DNA of 64,000 nucleotides from an uncultured Acidobacteriota bacterium (GTDB lineage Bacteria; Acidobacteriota; UBA6911; RPQK01): positions 39,352-103,351 of the forward strand of contig CAYQYP010000368.1 in NCBI GenBank assembly GCA_964421755.1, in the 5' to 3' direction. The notes beneath the pieces were generated by a model that was not told the DNA's origin, did no database searches, and was given only the letters and a program-made list of their open reading frames with translations. Both the position numbers and the translations under genes were made by a program. Positions 1-8,545 of this stretch are shown piece after piece (within the stretch, counting starts at the first letter, position 1; the number at the start of each line of letters is the position of its first letter).

Positions 1-1
1 G

Positions 2-688
2 GCCGACGTAACGGCCAGCGGGGACTTCACCCTGCGCGGCACGCTCGATGACCCTGTAATCCTGGGGACGATCACCGTCGACGAGGGAGTGCTTCACTTG
101 GAAAATAATGATTATGAAGTCACTCGGGGCACGGTCACGTTCAACAACCCGCGTCGGACTCGGCCGGTGTTTGCCTTCGAAGCGGAGACCGACATCCAGG
201 ACTACACGATCTCCGTTGGGCTCCGTGGCCCCCTTGAACAGCTGAAAATGTCCTTCCGCTCCGACCCGCCTCTTCCAACGGCTTCGATTGTCACCTTGAT
301 CGCGGTGGGCCAGACTCAACAGGAGCTCGGGATAGCCCCAACCAGCCAGAGCCAGGTCGGGGACCTGGCGGTCCAGGGAGCGGTGACGTTGCTGAGCAAG
401 AGCCTCGGGGAACAGGTGGAGGCTCGGGCGAGCAGGTTGTTCGGGTTCGACCGGCTGTCAATCGACCCCTTTCTTTCACAGACTGGACGTGACCCGTCCG
501 CTCGTATTACCCTCGGCAAACAGCTGCACAAGGGATTGACGGTCACATACAGCACCGACTTGGGAAACCCCCAACTGGGACAAATCGTGACCCTTGAATA
601 CAAGTTGACCGACTGGTTAACCGCGATTGGCACTCGTGAACAGGATGGATCACTAGCTGTTGACTTCAAATTCAGAAAGCGATTTTGA
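2..688 (+). CDS. tamB: Translocation/assembly module TamB (DUF490) C-terminal part, 5'-truncated by the window
   Basis: Frame is open from base 2. Beta-rich TamB-like C-terminus (ARITLGKQL...TYSTDL...LEYKLTDWL...VDFKFRKRF). Overlaps the start of an Omp85 gene. Confidence 0.8.
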   Translation, partial: ADVTASGDFTLRGTLDDPVILGTITVDEGVLHLENNDYEVTRGTVTFNNPRRTRPVFAFEAETDIQDYTISVGLRGPLEQLKMSFRSDPPLPTASIVTLIAVGQTQQELGIAPTSQSQVGDLAVQGAVTLLSKSLGEQVEARASRLFGFDRLSIDPFLSQTGRDPSARITLGKQLHKGLTVTYSTDLGNPQLGQIVTLEYKLTDWLTAIGTREQDGSLAVDFKFRKRF

Positions 689-3609
689 TTAACAGCGGAC
701 GTTGTTCAAGGCAGGCGATTTGGAAAACCAGAGAACCAAGCGCCCGCTCGCACCTCTGGCTCTGTTCGGTTGTGTGCCTGGTCCTTTGTCTGGCGCCAGC
801 CTCGACCCACGCCCAAGACCCGCCGGAGGGCAAGATCGTCACCCAGGTCGAGATCAAATCCGATGGACCGCTGAGCCGCATTTCGCTCGACGACGTTTCC
901 AAACTGATCGAGCTGCGCCACGGCGAGCCTTACTCCCAGGCTCAGGCCAAAAACACCATCCAGCGCCTTTACTCGACTGCGCTCTTTCACGACATTCATC
1001 TGGAATGGCAACCGGAGGCGGGCAACACCATCCACGTCACCGTCATCTTGATCCGTCGGTACTTCATCAAGGAGGTGACTTTCGACGGCGATCTCGGTGT
1101 CGATGAACAGATCCTGAGACGAGAGCTGGGTTTTCGCGCCGGAGAGCCGTACTCCGCCGAACGCATGGAGGAAACAACCGCTCAGCTTGTCCAAACTTAT
1201 CAGCGGTACGGCTACTACCGGGTGAAAATTCAGCCTGAATTCGAAATCCGGGAAGAAGCCGGATTCCTGCATGTGACCTTCAAGGTCGAATCAGGGGAGC
1301 GGGCCAAGGTCTCCGGCCTGGACTTTGACACCGAGGGCAATCTGGATATCAGCCAGATTCAGCGCCTCATCAAGACCAGACCGGGGGGATTCTATTCCGA
1401 GGAACAGATGGATCAGGACATTCTCGCAATCGAACGGCACCTGGCCTACCAGGGCTTCCTCGACCCGGATATCTATGTGCGAGGTGGAGCAGTCTACGAG
1501 CCGACGGCAAATACGGTTTCCGTAACCCTCAGAATCGTCCCGCGAACGCAAACACGCCTCGTGTTTGAGGGCCTCGACCCGCAAAGCAAAGAGGTCCGGA
1601 ATCTCCCGCTTTTTACTGAGCCCGGTGCTGGAGAGGCGTTTCTGGAGGACAGTGCACAGATCTTGGAGGACAGTTTCCACTCGGACGGCTATTTCCTCGC
1701 GGAAGTGACTCACGAGCTGACCGGTCCGGAGGACCAGCGAGTGCTCACCATCCGCGGTGAAAAGGGCCGCAAATGGGAGTTGGAGGCGCCGCGGTTTGAA
1801 GGGAATGCCACCATACCTTCCGAGAGGCTGGTTCAGATTCTCGGGATCCGTCCGACTGGCGTTTTCAGACGGGGCCGATTGACCGACGAGATGGTCCAGA
1901 GGGACAGGGAGAGAATTCAGTCGTTCTACGAGCAACGGGGATTCATGGAGGTTCGGGTCGATTCCGAGACCCGGCCGGACTTCCCAAGCCGGGGTGAGTT
2001 GACAGTTGTCTTCAAGATCCAGGAAGGCCCTCAGTTTTTCGTCGATAGCGTGGAGATTACCGGGAACCAGCGGGTTGGGCGGGATGTGCTGCTGAGGCAA
2101 GTCGGCTCCCGGGCGGGCCAACCATTTTCGCCCTACCAGGTTGCCCAGGATCGCTCCAATCTGGTTGCAACATATGAAGGCCTGGGATACCGCGATACGG
2201 ATCTCCGGCATGATATTTCCTATCCCCGCGCGAAGAACCACGTGGCGATCCGATACACTATAAAGGAAGGGCCCCAGTCGTTTGTCGAGCAGGTGATCGT
2301 GTCCGGGCTTCTCGACACACGAAAGTCTTCGATCCTGCGCGAGGTACAGATCGCACCCGGAGATCCTCTGTCCTTCGATCGGATTCTGCAGACGGAAAGC
2401 AACCTTCAAGACCTGGCGGTTTTCAACCGGGTGGATGTGCGTGAGGCCCCATCGTTTTCGGATCCGAATCGAAAGAGCGTCATCATCAACCTGGAAGAAG
2501 CCCGGCGGTTCAACCTCCTCTACGGTCTCGGTTACAGTTCCTACGGGGGCTTCCGGGGGACGTTCGGGGTCAGTGACTCGAATTTCCTCGGCCGGGTCAG
2601 GACGCTCTCTCTGGCTTTGCGAGGAGGCAGGCAGCGACAGAGGGGCACGCTTTCATACACGCTGGGCCGGGTGCTTGGCTGGAAGCTCCCCACCGTAGTC
2701 TCGCTGCTGGCCGACAACGAAAAGTCGGTTCGAGAGGAGATTGAGCAGGGCCGACGGGTCATCGAGGGACGCCCCTTCGACGCCTTCAGAATACAGGCAG
2801 CCGCTCAGGCGGAACGGGCACTGTCCGCAAGGGAGTCTATCTTTTTTCGCCTCAATTTCCAGAACGTGCGGATTACCGTCCCCCCCGAGCTCGCCTCCTC
2901 CGTGAAGTTTTTTCGAGAGGAAGAACGGCTTCGCCTGTCCAGCATGTCCGCGTCGTACCTGAACGACTCGCGAGACGACGCTGTCAATCCGCGAACTGGA
3001 TTCCTGCTGAGCGGCGAGGCTCTCCTTTCGACGAAACTGCTGGGCTCGGAACGGCAGTTCTTCCGGATTCTTACCCAGGGCCAATACTACCGGGAAGTCA
3101 GTCAAGGCGTGGTCTTAGTCGGCTCCCTGCGCCTCGGGACCGTTTTCCCGTTTGCCGCAGACCCGCAGCTCGAGAACGCCGTTCCCATATCCGAACGTTT
3201 CTTTGCGGGAGGCGCCACAACCTTGCGCGGGTTGCCCCAAGACCTGGCAGGTCCACTGCTTCGTGATCCGGAAACCGGGGAAATCATTCTCGTGGATGAA
3301 AACGGGGTCCCTGACCCCGACGGCCGGCCGGTTCCGCTCGGCGGAAATGCGCTGTTCATTTGCAACCTGGAGCTCAGGTTCCCGCTGTTCTGGCTCCTAT
3401 CCGGAGCTCTGTTCTACGACACCGGCAACGTCTTCCGAAGCATCACCGATTTCTCCCAGGCGGGGTTCAGCAACGCAATTGGCTTCGGGTTGCGCGCCAA
3501 CACTCCGGTTGGCCCGGTGCGCTTCGACGTCGGATACAACCCGAGTCCGCCGGCTCAGGTCGGCTTTCGCGAGTGGAACTTCCACCTGACGCTGGGACAC
3601 CCATTCTAG
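685..3609 (+). CDS. Omp85 family outer-membrane assembly factor (BamA/TamA-like) with about 7 POTRA domains
   Basis: Signal peptide; repeated POTRA-like units (e.g. IKEVTFDG...LGFRAGEPYS, VDSVEITGN...GQPFS); barrel motifs ERFFAGGATTLRG, FYDTGNV, GFGLRANTPVGPVRFDVG; terminal Phe. Start codon uncertain. Confidence 0.9.
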   Translation: MINSGRCSRQAIWKTREPSARSHLWLCSVVCLVLCLAPASTHAQDPPEGKIVTQVEIKSDGPLSRISLDDVSKLIELRHGEPYSQAQAKNTIQRLYSTALFHDIHLEWQPEAGNTIHVTVILIRRYFIKEVTFDGDLGVDEQILRRELGFRAGEPYSAERMEETTAQLVQTYQRYGYYRVKIQPEFEIREEAGFLHVTFKVESGERAKVSGLDFDTEGNLDISQIQRLIKTRPGGFYSEEQMDQDILAIERHLAYQGFLDPDIYVRGGAVYEPTANTVSVTLRIVPRTQTRLVFEGLDPQSKEVRNLPLFTEPGAGEAFLEDSAQILEDSFHSDGYFLAEVTHELTGPEDQRVLTIRGEKGRKWELEAPRFEGNATIPSERLVQILGIRPTGVFRRGRLTDEMVQRDRERIQSFYEQRGFMEVRVDSETRPDFPSRGELTVVFKIQEGPQFFVDSVEITGNQRVGRDVLLRQVGSRAGQPFSPYQVAQDRSNLVATYEGLGYRDTDLRHDISYPRAKNHVAIRYTIKEGPQSFVEQVIVSGLLDTRKSSILREVQIAPGDPLSFDRILQTESNLQDLAVFNRVDVREAPSFSDPNRKSVIINLEEARRFNLLYGLGYSSYGGFRGTFGVSDSNFLGRVRTLSLALRGGRQRQRGTLSYTLGRVLGWKLPTVVSLLADNEKSVREEIEQGRRVIEGRPFDAFRIQAAAQAERALSARESIFFRLNFQNVRITVPPELASSVKFFREEERLRLSSMSASYLNDSRDDAVNPRTGFLLSGEALLSTKLLGSERQFFRILTQGQYYREVSQGVVLVGSLRLGTVFPFAADPQLENAVPISERFFAGGATTLRGLPQDLAGPLLRDPETGEIILVDENGVPDPDGRPVPLGGNALFICNLELRFPLFWLLSGALFYDTGNVFRSITDFSQAGFSNAIGFGLRANTPVGPVRFDVGYNPSPPAQVGFREWNFHLTLGHPF

Positions 3610-3623
3610 CGGCGATAAACAGT

Positions 3624-4424
3624 ATGACTTCGACTAATTGGACATTCTGGACAAGGTGGACAGCGTGGACGGATACCTGCCGACCCTTGCTGTCTTTGGT
3701 CCACTATGTCCACCTCGCTGTTTTTCTGGCCCTGCTCACGAGCGTGCTACCAGCCCAGACGAACACCCTCGATCAAGTGGCCGCGTCAGTTGATGACGAG
3801 GTGATCACGCTGTCCGATCTCCGCTGGATTGCCCAGTATCGAAACCTGAAGGTCCCGGAGGACGAAGCCGGGAAACAGAAGTTCTACTCGACACTTCTCG
3901 ATCAGCTCATCGAGCAGAAGATCATCGCTATGGAAGCGTCCCAGACCCCGATCATCGAGGTGACCGAGGAAAAGGTCGAAAACCAGATAAAGGCCTACCA
4001 GTCACAATTCCCGGATCTGGAGGCATTTCGTTCCAAACTGCGGCAGATGGAGATATCCGAACCTGAATTCCGGCAGATGATCCGCCGGCAGTTGTCGGTT
4101 AACGAGTTCGTGGAAATCCGATTCAAGCCTTTCATCATCGTCCTCCCGACTGAAATCGAGGAATACTACCGTCAGACTTTACTTCCCCAGATGCAGGGCT
4201 CCAACCAGCCTGTCCCGCCCCTTGAGACCGTTGAAGAATCAATCCGCCAGATACTCACCGAGGGAAAAACTAACCAGGAGCTGGATCGCTGGCTGCGCTC
4301 GGCCCGAAGGAAGAGCCGTATCATCAACTTGCTGTTTCGGGAAAACCCCTACGCACCGAATCTGCCGGAAGGACTTGGCAAGGGGCGGGAGCTTCGAACC
4401 ATTACCGGGGACCCGGAACGTTAG
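3624..4424 (+). CDS. SurA N-terminal-domain chaperone-like periplasmic protein
   Basis: LDQVAASVDDEVITLSDL and LLDQLIEQKII motifs; no parvulin domain. The true start is unclear because the 5' end runs through a 9-mer repeat. Confidence 0.7.
   Translation: MTSTNWTFWTRWTAWTDTCRPLLSLVHYVHLAVFLALLTSVLPAQTNTLDQVAASVDDEVITLSDLRWIAQYRNLKVPEDEAGKQKFYSTLLDQLIEQKIIAMEASQTPIIEVTEEKVENQIKAYQSQFPDLEAFRSKLRQMEISEPEFRQMIRRQLSVNEFVEIRFKPFIIVLPTEIEEYYRQTLLPQMQGSNQPVPPLETVEESIRQILTEGKTNQELDRWLRSARRKSRIINLLFRENPYAPNLPEGLGKGRELRTITGDPER
3639..3712. repeat. 9-bp-period TGGAC tandem repeat with an inverted GTCCA partner array
   Basis: TGGAC at 3639, 3648, 3657, 3666; GTCCA at 3699, 3708. Same family at 42930-42988. 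Confidence 0.8.
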
Positions 4425-4435
4425 GAAGAAGGAAC

Positions 4436-4885
4436 TCAGTACTCTTTACGGGAATCCAGAAGCACGGTGACGGGCCCGTCATTCACCAGCGCGACTTTCA
4501 TCATTGCCTGGAAGACCCCGCATTCCACAGGAACACCGTCCCCTCGAATTGCGCATGCAAGCTCCTCGTAGAGCTGCTGCGCTTCGGCTGGAGGCGCAGC
4601 CCTGGTGAAATCCGGACGATTGCCATGCCGGGTATTTCCGAGCAAGGTGAACTGCGAAACCAGGAGAACAGCGCCGCGGATATCCACAATGGAACGGTTC
4701 ATCCGGCCTGCGTCATCCTCGAATACCCGGAGGTGAACGATTTTCCGCCGCATGTACGCAAGATCAGGCGCTCCATCTCCTTCTTCGACGCCCAGAAGCA
4801 CGAGCAAGCCGTTTTGAATCCGGCCAACCACCCGACCTTGAACCGACACCGACGCCGTTTCAACCCGCTGAATGACTGCTCGCAT
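4436..4885 (-). CDS. dtd: D-aminoacyl-tRNA deacylase
   Basis: MRAVIQRV, SQFTL and NDGPVT motifs. Confidence 0.97.
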   Translation of the reverse strand: MRAVIQRVETASVSVQGRVVGRIQNGLLVLLGVEEGDGAPDLAYMRRKIVHLRVFEDDAGRMNRSIVDIRGAVLLVSQFTLLGNTRHGNRPDFTRAAPPAEAQQLYEELACAIRGDGVPVECGVFQAMMKVALVNDGPVTVLLDSRKEY

Positions 4886-4901
4886 GCGCTATGACCTGGA
4901 C

Positions 4902-5171
4902 TCAGTGGATCATGCTATCCAGACCCGTACCCCAGCGTTCGTGCAGAATTCGCTCAAAACGGGGCAATAAGACTATGTCAAAGGTTTGCTGCTTATCGGG
5001 AAACATCGCAAGGATGGCTTTTTCCGTATTCCGGACCATGACTCTTGCCTCTTCCAACGTCAGGCTCGAGTCTTGATACAGGACATTGGTTGTGAGATCA
5101 ACCAGAAACCGCAGTCGGCGGATCTTCTTCTCCTCTTCCTGAATCAGCCGGTCTCTTTCCTCTTTCTCCAT
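4902..5171 (-). CDS. Hypothetical helical protein (89 aa)
   Basis: Clean ORF co-oriented 16 nt upstream of dtd, protein-like composition; no function recognised. Confidence 0.7.
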   Translation of the reverse strand: MEKEERDRLIQEEEKKIRRLRFLVDLTTNVLYQDSSLTLEEARVMVRNTEKAILAMFPDKQQTFDIVLLPRFERILHERWGTGLDSMIH

Positions 5172-5249
5172 GAAATCACTGTAACATTTTGACTCTGCCG
5201 GAAGGGCGACCCACCCGGCTGACCAGCTGAACAGCTGGCCTGCCGTATC

Positions 5250-5295
5250 TTCACCTATTTTTCACTTGACATTACACCTTTGCTTCACCTACCTT
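5250..5295 (+). promoter_or_regulatory. lexA sigma70 promoter overlapped by four phased TTCACCT-like direct repeats (candidate SOS operators)
   Basis: TTGACA at 5266-5271 and TACCTT at 5290-5295; repeats TTCACCT 5250, TTCACTT 5261, TACACCT 5273, TTCACCT 5284. Confidence 0.6.
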
Positions 5296-5315
5296 GGTTT
5301 CAAAAGGAGCGATGG

Positions 5316-5915
5316 ATGCCCGTTACCCGCAGACAAAGCGAGGTCCTGCAGTTCATTAGCGAATTCCTGAATGAGCACGGCTATTCGCCGACGCTCGAGG
5401 AGATTGCTCACCACTTCGGGATGACCTCGCTCAATGGAGTCTACAAGCACCTGAAGGGACTGGAAGAGCGCGGGTTCATCCGGCGGCTCAACAAGCACGC
5501 CCGTTCAATTCAGGTGATTGAAAGAGAGACACGAGCGAGAAACACGCTTCCCCTGCTGGGCCGGGTAGCGGCGGGCCGTCCCATCGAAGCGGTGCCGTTC
5601 CCTGAAGAAATCGATGTTCCCGCTCACTTCCTCACGACACCGTCGAACTATGTGCTCAAGGTGCAGGGTGACTCCATGATCGAGGAACACATCGAAGACG
5701 GCGACTATGTGGTGCTGGAGCACCGTGACCGGGCCGAGAACGGAGAGATCGTCATGGCTCTCATCGACGGTGAAACGGCGACTCTGAAGAAATACTACCG
5801 GGAAGGCACCCAGATTCGGCTGCAGCCGGCCAATCCGAGCCTGAGCGCGATTGTTATCCCGGAGGAGCGGGTCAGAATTCAGGGTGTGGTGGTCGGCCTG
5901 ATGAGGAAATACTAA
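5316..5915 (+). CDS. lexA: SOS repressor LexA
   Basis: wHTH (TRRQSEVL...SPTLEEIA), Ala-Gly site RVAAGRP, Ser in GDSM, Lys in ATLKK; AAGGAG RBS before ATG 5316. Confidence 0.96.
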   Translation: MPVTRRQSEVLQFISEFLNEHGYSPTLEEIAHHFGMTSLNGVYKHLKGLEERGFIRRLNKHARSIQVIERETRARNTLPLLGRVAAGRPIEAVPFPEEIDVPAHFLTTPSNYVLKVQGDSMIEEHIEDGDYVVLEHRDRAENGEIVMALIDGETATLKKYYREGTQIRLQPANPSLSAIVIPEERVRIQGVVVGLMRKY

Positions 5916-5921
5916 GGAGCC

Positions 5922-6000
5922 GGGTTACACGGTTCACGGTTCAGGGTTGCACGGTTCACATAGAGGAACCGGAAAACCGTGAACCGGAAAACTCTGAACT
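5922..6000. repeat. ACGGTTC-type tandem repeat with an inverted GAACCG array
   Basis: acggttc units at about 5929-5957 and gaaccg(t/g) units at 5966-5999, immediately after the lexA stop. Confidence 0.7.
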
Positions 6001-6018
6001 CAGGAGGAGGATAATCAC

Positions 6019-6198
6019 ATGGTGTACCGGGTTGAGATAGCGGGGAGAGTCTTTGAGGGAACGGACCATCGGGAGCTCATCAAGCTCGCGGTCCAGGCAC
6101 GGCTTCACGCCGCAAAAACTCAATGGCCCTGGGAAACTGTCGCATCGCCGCAGAGGAACATCAGGATTCATCCAACGGAGAGAGCCACTTACGCATAA
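6019..6198 (+). CDS. Small hypothetical protein (59 aa, MVYRVEIAGRVFEGTDHRELIKLAVQARL...), below the ORF-track cutoff
   Basis: Strong AGGAGGAGG RBS 8 nt upstream of ATG 6019; TAA at 6196-6198. Confidence 0.65.
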   Translation: MVYRVEIAGRVFEGTDHRELIKLAVQARLHAAKTQWPWETVASPQRNIRIHPTERATYA

Positions 6199-6342
6199 GT
6201 GATTGGGATATCAAGATTTACCTGCCTGCACAAGAATTAAGCAAAACGCTGAAACAGCGATGCGAAAAGGGCTCCGGGAGACGTTCAAATGGTTTTCCAC
6301 TGGTTTTTCCACAGCAACAGTGGAAGATGCCTACACGCCTTG

Positions 6343-6545
6343 TAGGATTGCGGGATTTCGGATTGCCGATTGCGCATTGCGGATGTGGGGGGAGCTGGAA
6401 GGCACGCGGGTAAACTCGGAACTGCGGGAACGCGGAATGCCGAATGCGGAATAGAAGGACGCTGGCGGGCACCAGGAGCAAAGGGGATAGACCTGGTGAG
6501 ATAGCCTTTTTTCTATTCCGCATTCCGCATTCCGCATTCTCCGTT
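6343..6545. repeat. 7-bp-period GCGGAAT/ATTCCGC inverted tandem repeat element
   Basis: Heptamer runs at about 6345-6385 and 6412-6452 and the inverse (CATTCCG)n at 6514-6540, between convergent genes. Same family at 57688-57810. Confidence 0.85.
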
Positions 6546-6548
6546 CGA

Positions 6549-7379
6549 TTAGAGTCGGGCCGGTTCCTCTGCGTCACTCCGGTCTCTTGGCTTGGGTCTC
6601 TCGATCGTGACCTTGACCGACTGGCGCTTCTTGTCGCGAACGAGGTCCACGCTCAGTTCCCCGTCTCGGACTTCCGAGCTCAGTTCCGACATGCTGTCGA
6701 CGGCTTTGCCGTTCACAGCGACGATGACGTCGCCAGCCTTGATTCCGGCCTTGGCCGCGGGAGAGTCGGCGCGCACTTCCATGACCAGCACGCCCTCCTT
6801 ACTCGGGACTCCCAGGAATTCAGCCATCTGATCCGTCAGGTCCGATCCCTGGATGCCCAACCTGGGTCTTCTAGCAACTACCACGCCTCCGCGATTGCGC
6901 CCAAAGGGCTGGACCTGAAGATCGAAGTCCTCAATCTCGGGAATTCGCGGCATCTGAAAACGGAAGTTGCGACCGAGGTTGCCCCAGCTTTCCGAAACGG
7001 GGCTGTCCGACTCGCCGATCTTCACAGTCTTCTGCAACCTTTCGCCGCCTCGGATCAACGCGATCTGGACTTCCCGGTCCGGCGGAGTGTCGGCCACCAG
7101 CCGCTGGAGCTGGCGAACGCTCCAGACCGGCATTCCGGCGTACTCGACAACCACGTCCTTTGCGGCCAGACCAGCCCGCGAGGCGGGACTGTCGTCTGCA
7201 ACCCGCTCCACGTAAACGCCGGCTTCCCTGGGCAGCTTCAGGTCTTTAACATCCTGCGAAGAAACGTCGCGCAGATTTACACCAAGATAGCCTCGGGAGA
7301 ATGCGGCCGGCTGAGCCGTCAGCAGGGCGGTGCCGAAAAGGCTGATTACGGTAGATAACAGCAGTATCCTTTTCGTCAT
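6549..7379 (-). CDS. Secreted tandem-PDZ protein (DegP-like PDZ pair, no protease domain)
   Basis: Signal peptide; GYLGV...DSPASRAGL and RLGI...DSPAAKAGIKAGDVI PDZ motifs; no trypsin domain. Confidence 0.85.
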   Translation of the reverse strand: MTKRILLLSTVISLFGTALLTAQPAAFSRGYLGVNLRDVSSQDVKDLKLPREAGVYVERVADDSPASRAGLAAKDVVVEYAGMPVWSVRQLQRLVADTPPDREVQIALIRGGERLQKTVKIGESDSPVSESWGNLGRNFRFQMPRIPEIEDFDLQVQPFGRNRGGVVVARRPRLGIQGSDLTDQMAEFLGVPSKEGVLVMEVRADSPAAKAGIKAGDVIVAVNGKAVDSMSELSSEVRDGELSVDLVRDKKRQSVKVTIERPKPRDRSDAEEPARL

Positions 7380-7400
7380 TCTTTCACTCCTTCTAAGGAC

Positions 7401-7428
7401 TTACACGTAGAGCTGGCGGGCGAGTTCC
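7401..7428 (-). promoter_or_regulatory. Candidate ECF-sigma promoter of the PDZ gene
   Basis: Minus strand GGAAC-N16-CGTGTAA, upstream of an AAGGAG RBS. Confidence 0.5.
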
Positions 7429-7575
7429 TGAAAATGTCGGTCACATGAAATGTTGAAACGGGTTGCAGACGGACTGCGAGGCGGCTAACTTGTTAGAAGG
7501 ACACGACGATTCGGCCTGTGCGGATCCGCCGAGTTAGTTATTGTTGTTGTCGGTTCTGATATTCTAAGAAGCCTG

Positions 7576-8496
7576 ATGAAGAAAAACTGCCAACTGCCAA
7601 GTGCCTTTATTGTCCTCGTCTCGTTGATTCTCTCGACAGCCGCCTACGGACAGGCGGCTCAGACGCCCCCGCCTGCGACGCCACCGAGCGCGCAGGGCCA
7701 GCAACCTGCCGAGCCACAGGCCCCTGCGCCTCAACCGATAAACCCTGATCAGCCAATCGCCGAGATGGGCGACTACAAGTTGACCGAAGGTGATGTCAGC
7801 ATCATCATCGCCATGTTGCCCGGAACGGCGAGGCAGAACCTGAACCCCGATCGCAGGCAGCAGATAATACGCTCCTGGCTGCAGATCGTGGCCTTCGCGA
7901 GACAGGCGACGGAGCTCAACCTGGACAAAGATGCGCTGCTCCCGAAACAAGTCGAGTTCTACAGAACGCAACTTCTGGCCGAACGCTATCAGCGGCAGGT
8001 CCTCGCGGATGTGACCGTGACCGACGAGGAGGTTCGTCAGTACTTCGAGACCAACAAAGAGAAGTTCGCACTCCCCGCGTTGGTCCGCATCAGCCGCATC
8101 TTAGTGCCGACACGTGAAAAGGCGGCCGAAGTGGAACAGGCCCTCAAGCAGGGGACCCCCTTCGAACAGGCCGCGAAAACCCACTCTACGGACGGCGTCA
8201 CCAAGGACAAGGGCGGGGACATGGGGTGGCTGCGACCGGGGACGACGGAACCGGTTTTCGAGAAGACCGCGTTGGCTACCGAGGTCGGCCAGGTGAGCAG
8301 CCCGATCCAGACGGCACTGGGATTCCAGCTGATCAAGGTCAACGAAAAACGGCCGGGCCAGCAGAAGACTTTTGAGGAGGTCCAGAAGGTCATACAACAG
8401 CAACTCCTCACTCAGAAGCGGCAACAGAAGGTGGAGGCCATCTCAAAAGACCTTTTCGAGAAGTACGGACTCAAAATGAGCGAGGGTCAGAAGTAG
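7576..8496 (+). CDS. Parvulin (PpiC/rotamase) peptidyl-prolyl isomerase, PrsA-like
   Basis: Signal peptide; VRISRILV, FEQAAKTHSTD, KGGDMGW, FEKTAL, SSPIQTALGFQLIKV. Confidence 0.9.
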   Translation: MKKNCQLPSAFIVLVSLILSTAAYGQAAQTPPPATPPSAQGQQPAEPQAPAPQPINPDQPIAEMGDYKLTEGDVSIIIAMLPGTARQNLNPDRRQQIIRSWLQIVAFARQATELNLDKDALLPKQVEFYRTQLLAERYQRQVLADVTVTDEEVRQYFETNKEKFALPALVRISRILVPTREKAAEVEQALKQGTPFEQAAKTHSTDGVTKDKGGDMGWLRPGTTEPVFEKTALATEVGQVSSPIQTALGFQLIKVNEKRPGQQKTFEEVQKVIQQQLLTQKRQQKVEAISKDLFEKYGLKMSEGQK

Positions 8497-8545
8497 CTCC
8501 GGAACGCCCAAAATTTGCAACTTTCGAGCCAGCGGCCAATCACTA

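Noticed and set aside
3360-3623. Extended N-termini in the ORF track (SurA-like 3360, cinA 17917, DUF58 23555, ruvA 31095, purF 31000, ECF 53329)
   Set aside because: They overlap neighbouring genes or promoters; downstream starts fit RBS or -10 signals and family lengths better.
6331-6537. MRNAECG-type ORFs (also 57676..57864, 13324..13605, 37319..37987)
   Set aside because: They are translations of heptamer and REP repeats with no coding signal.
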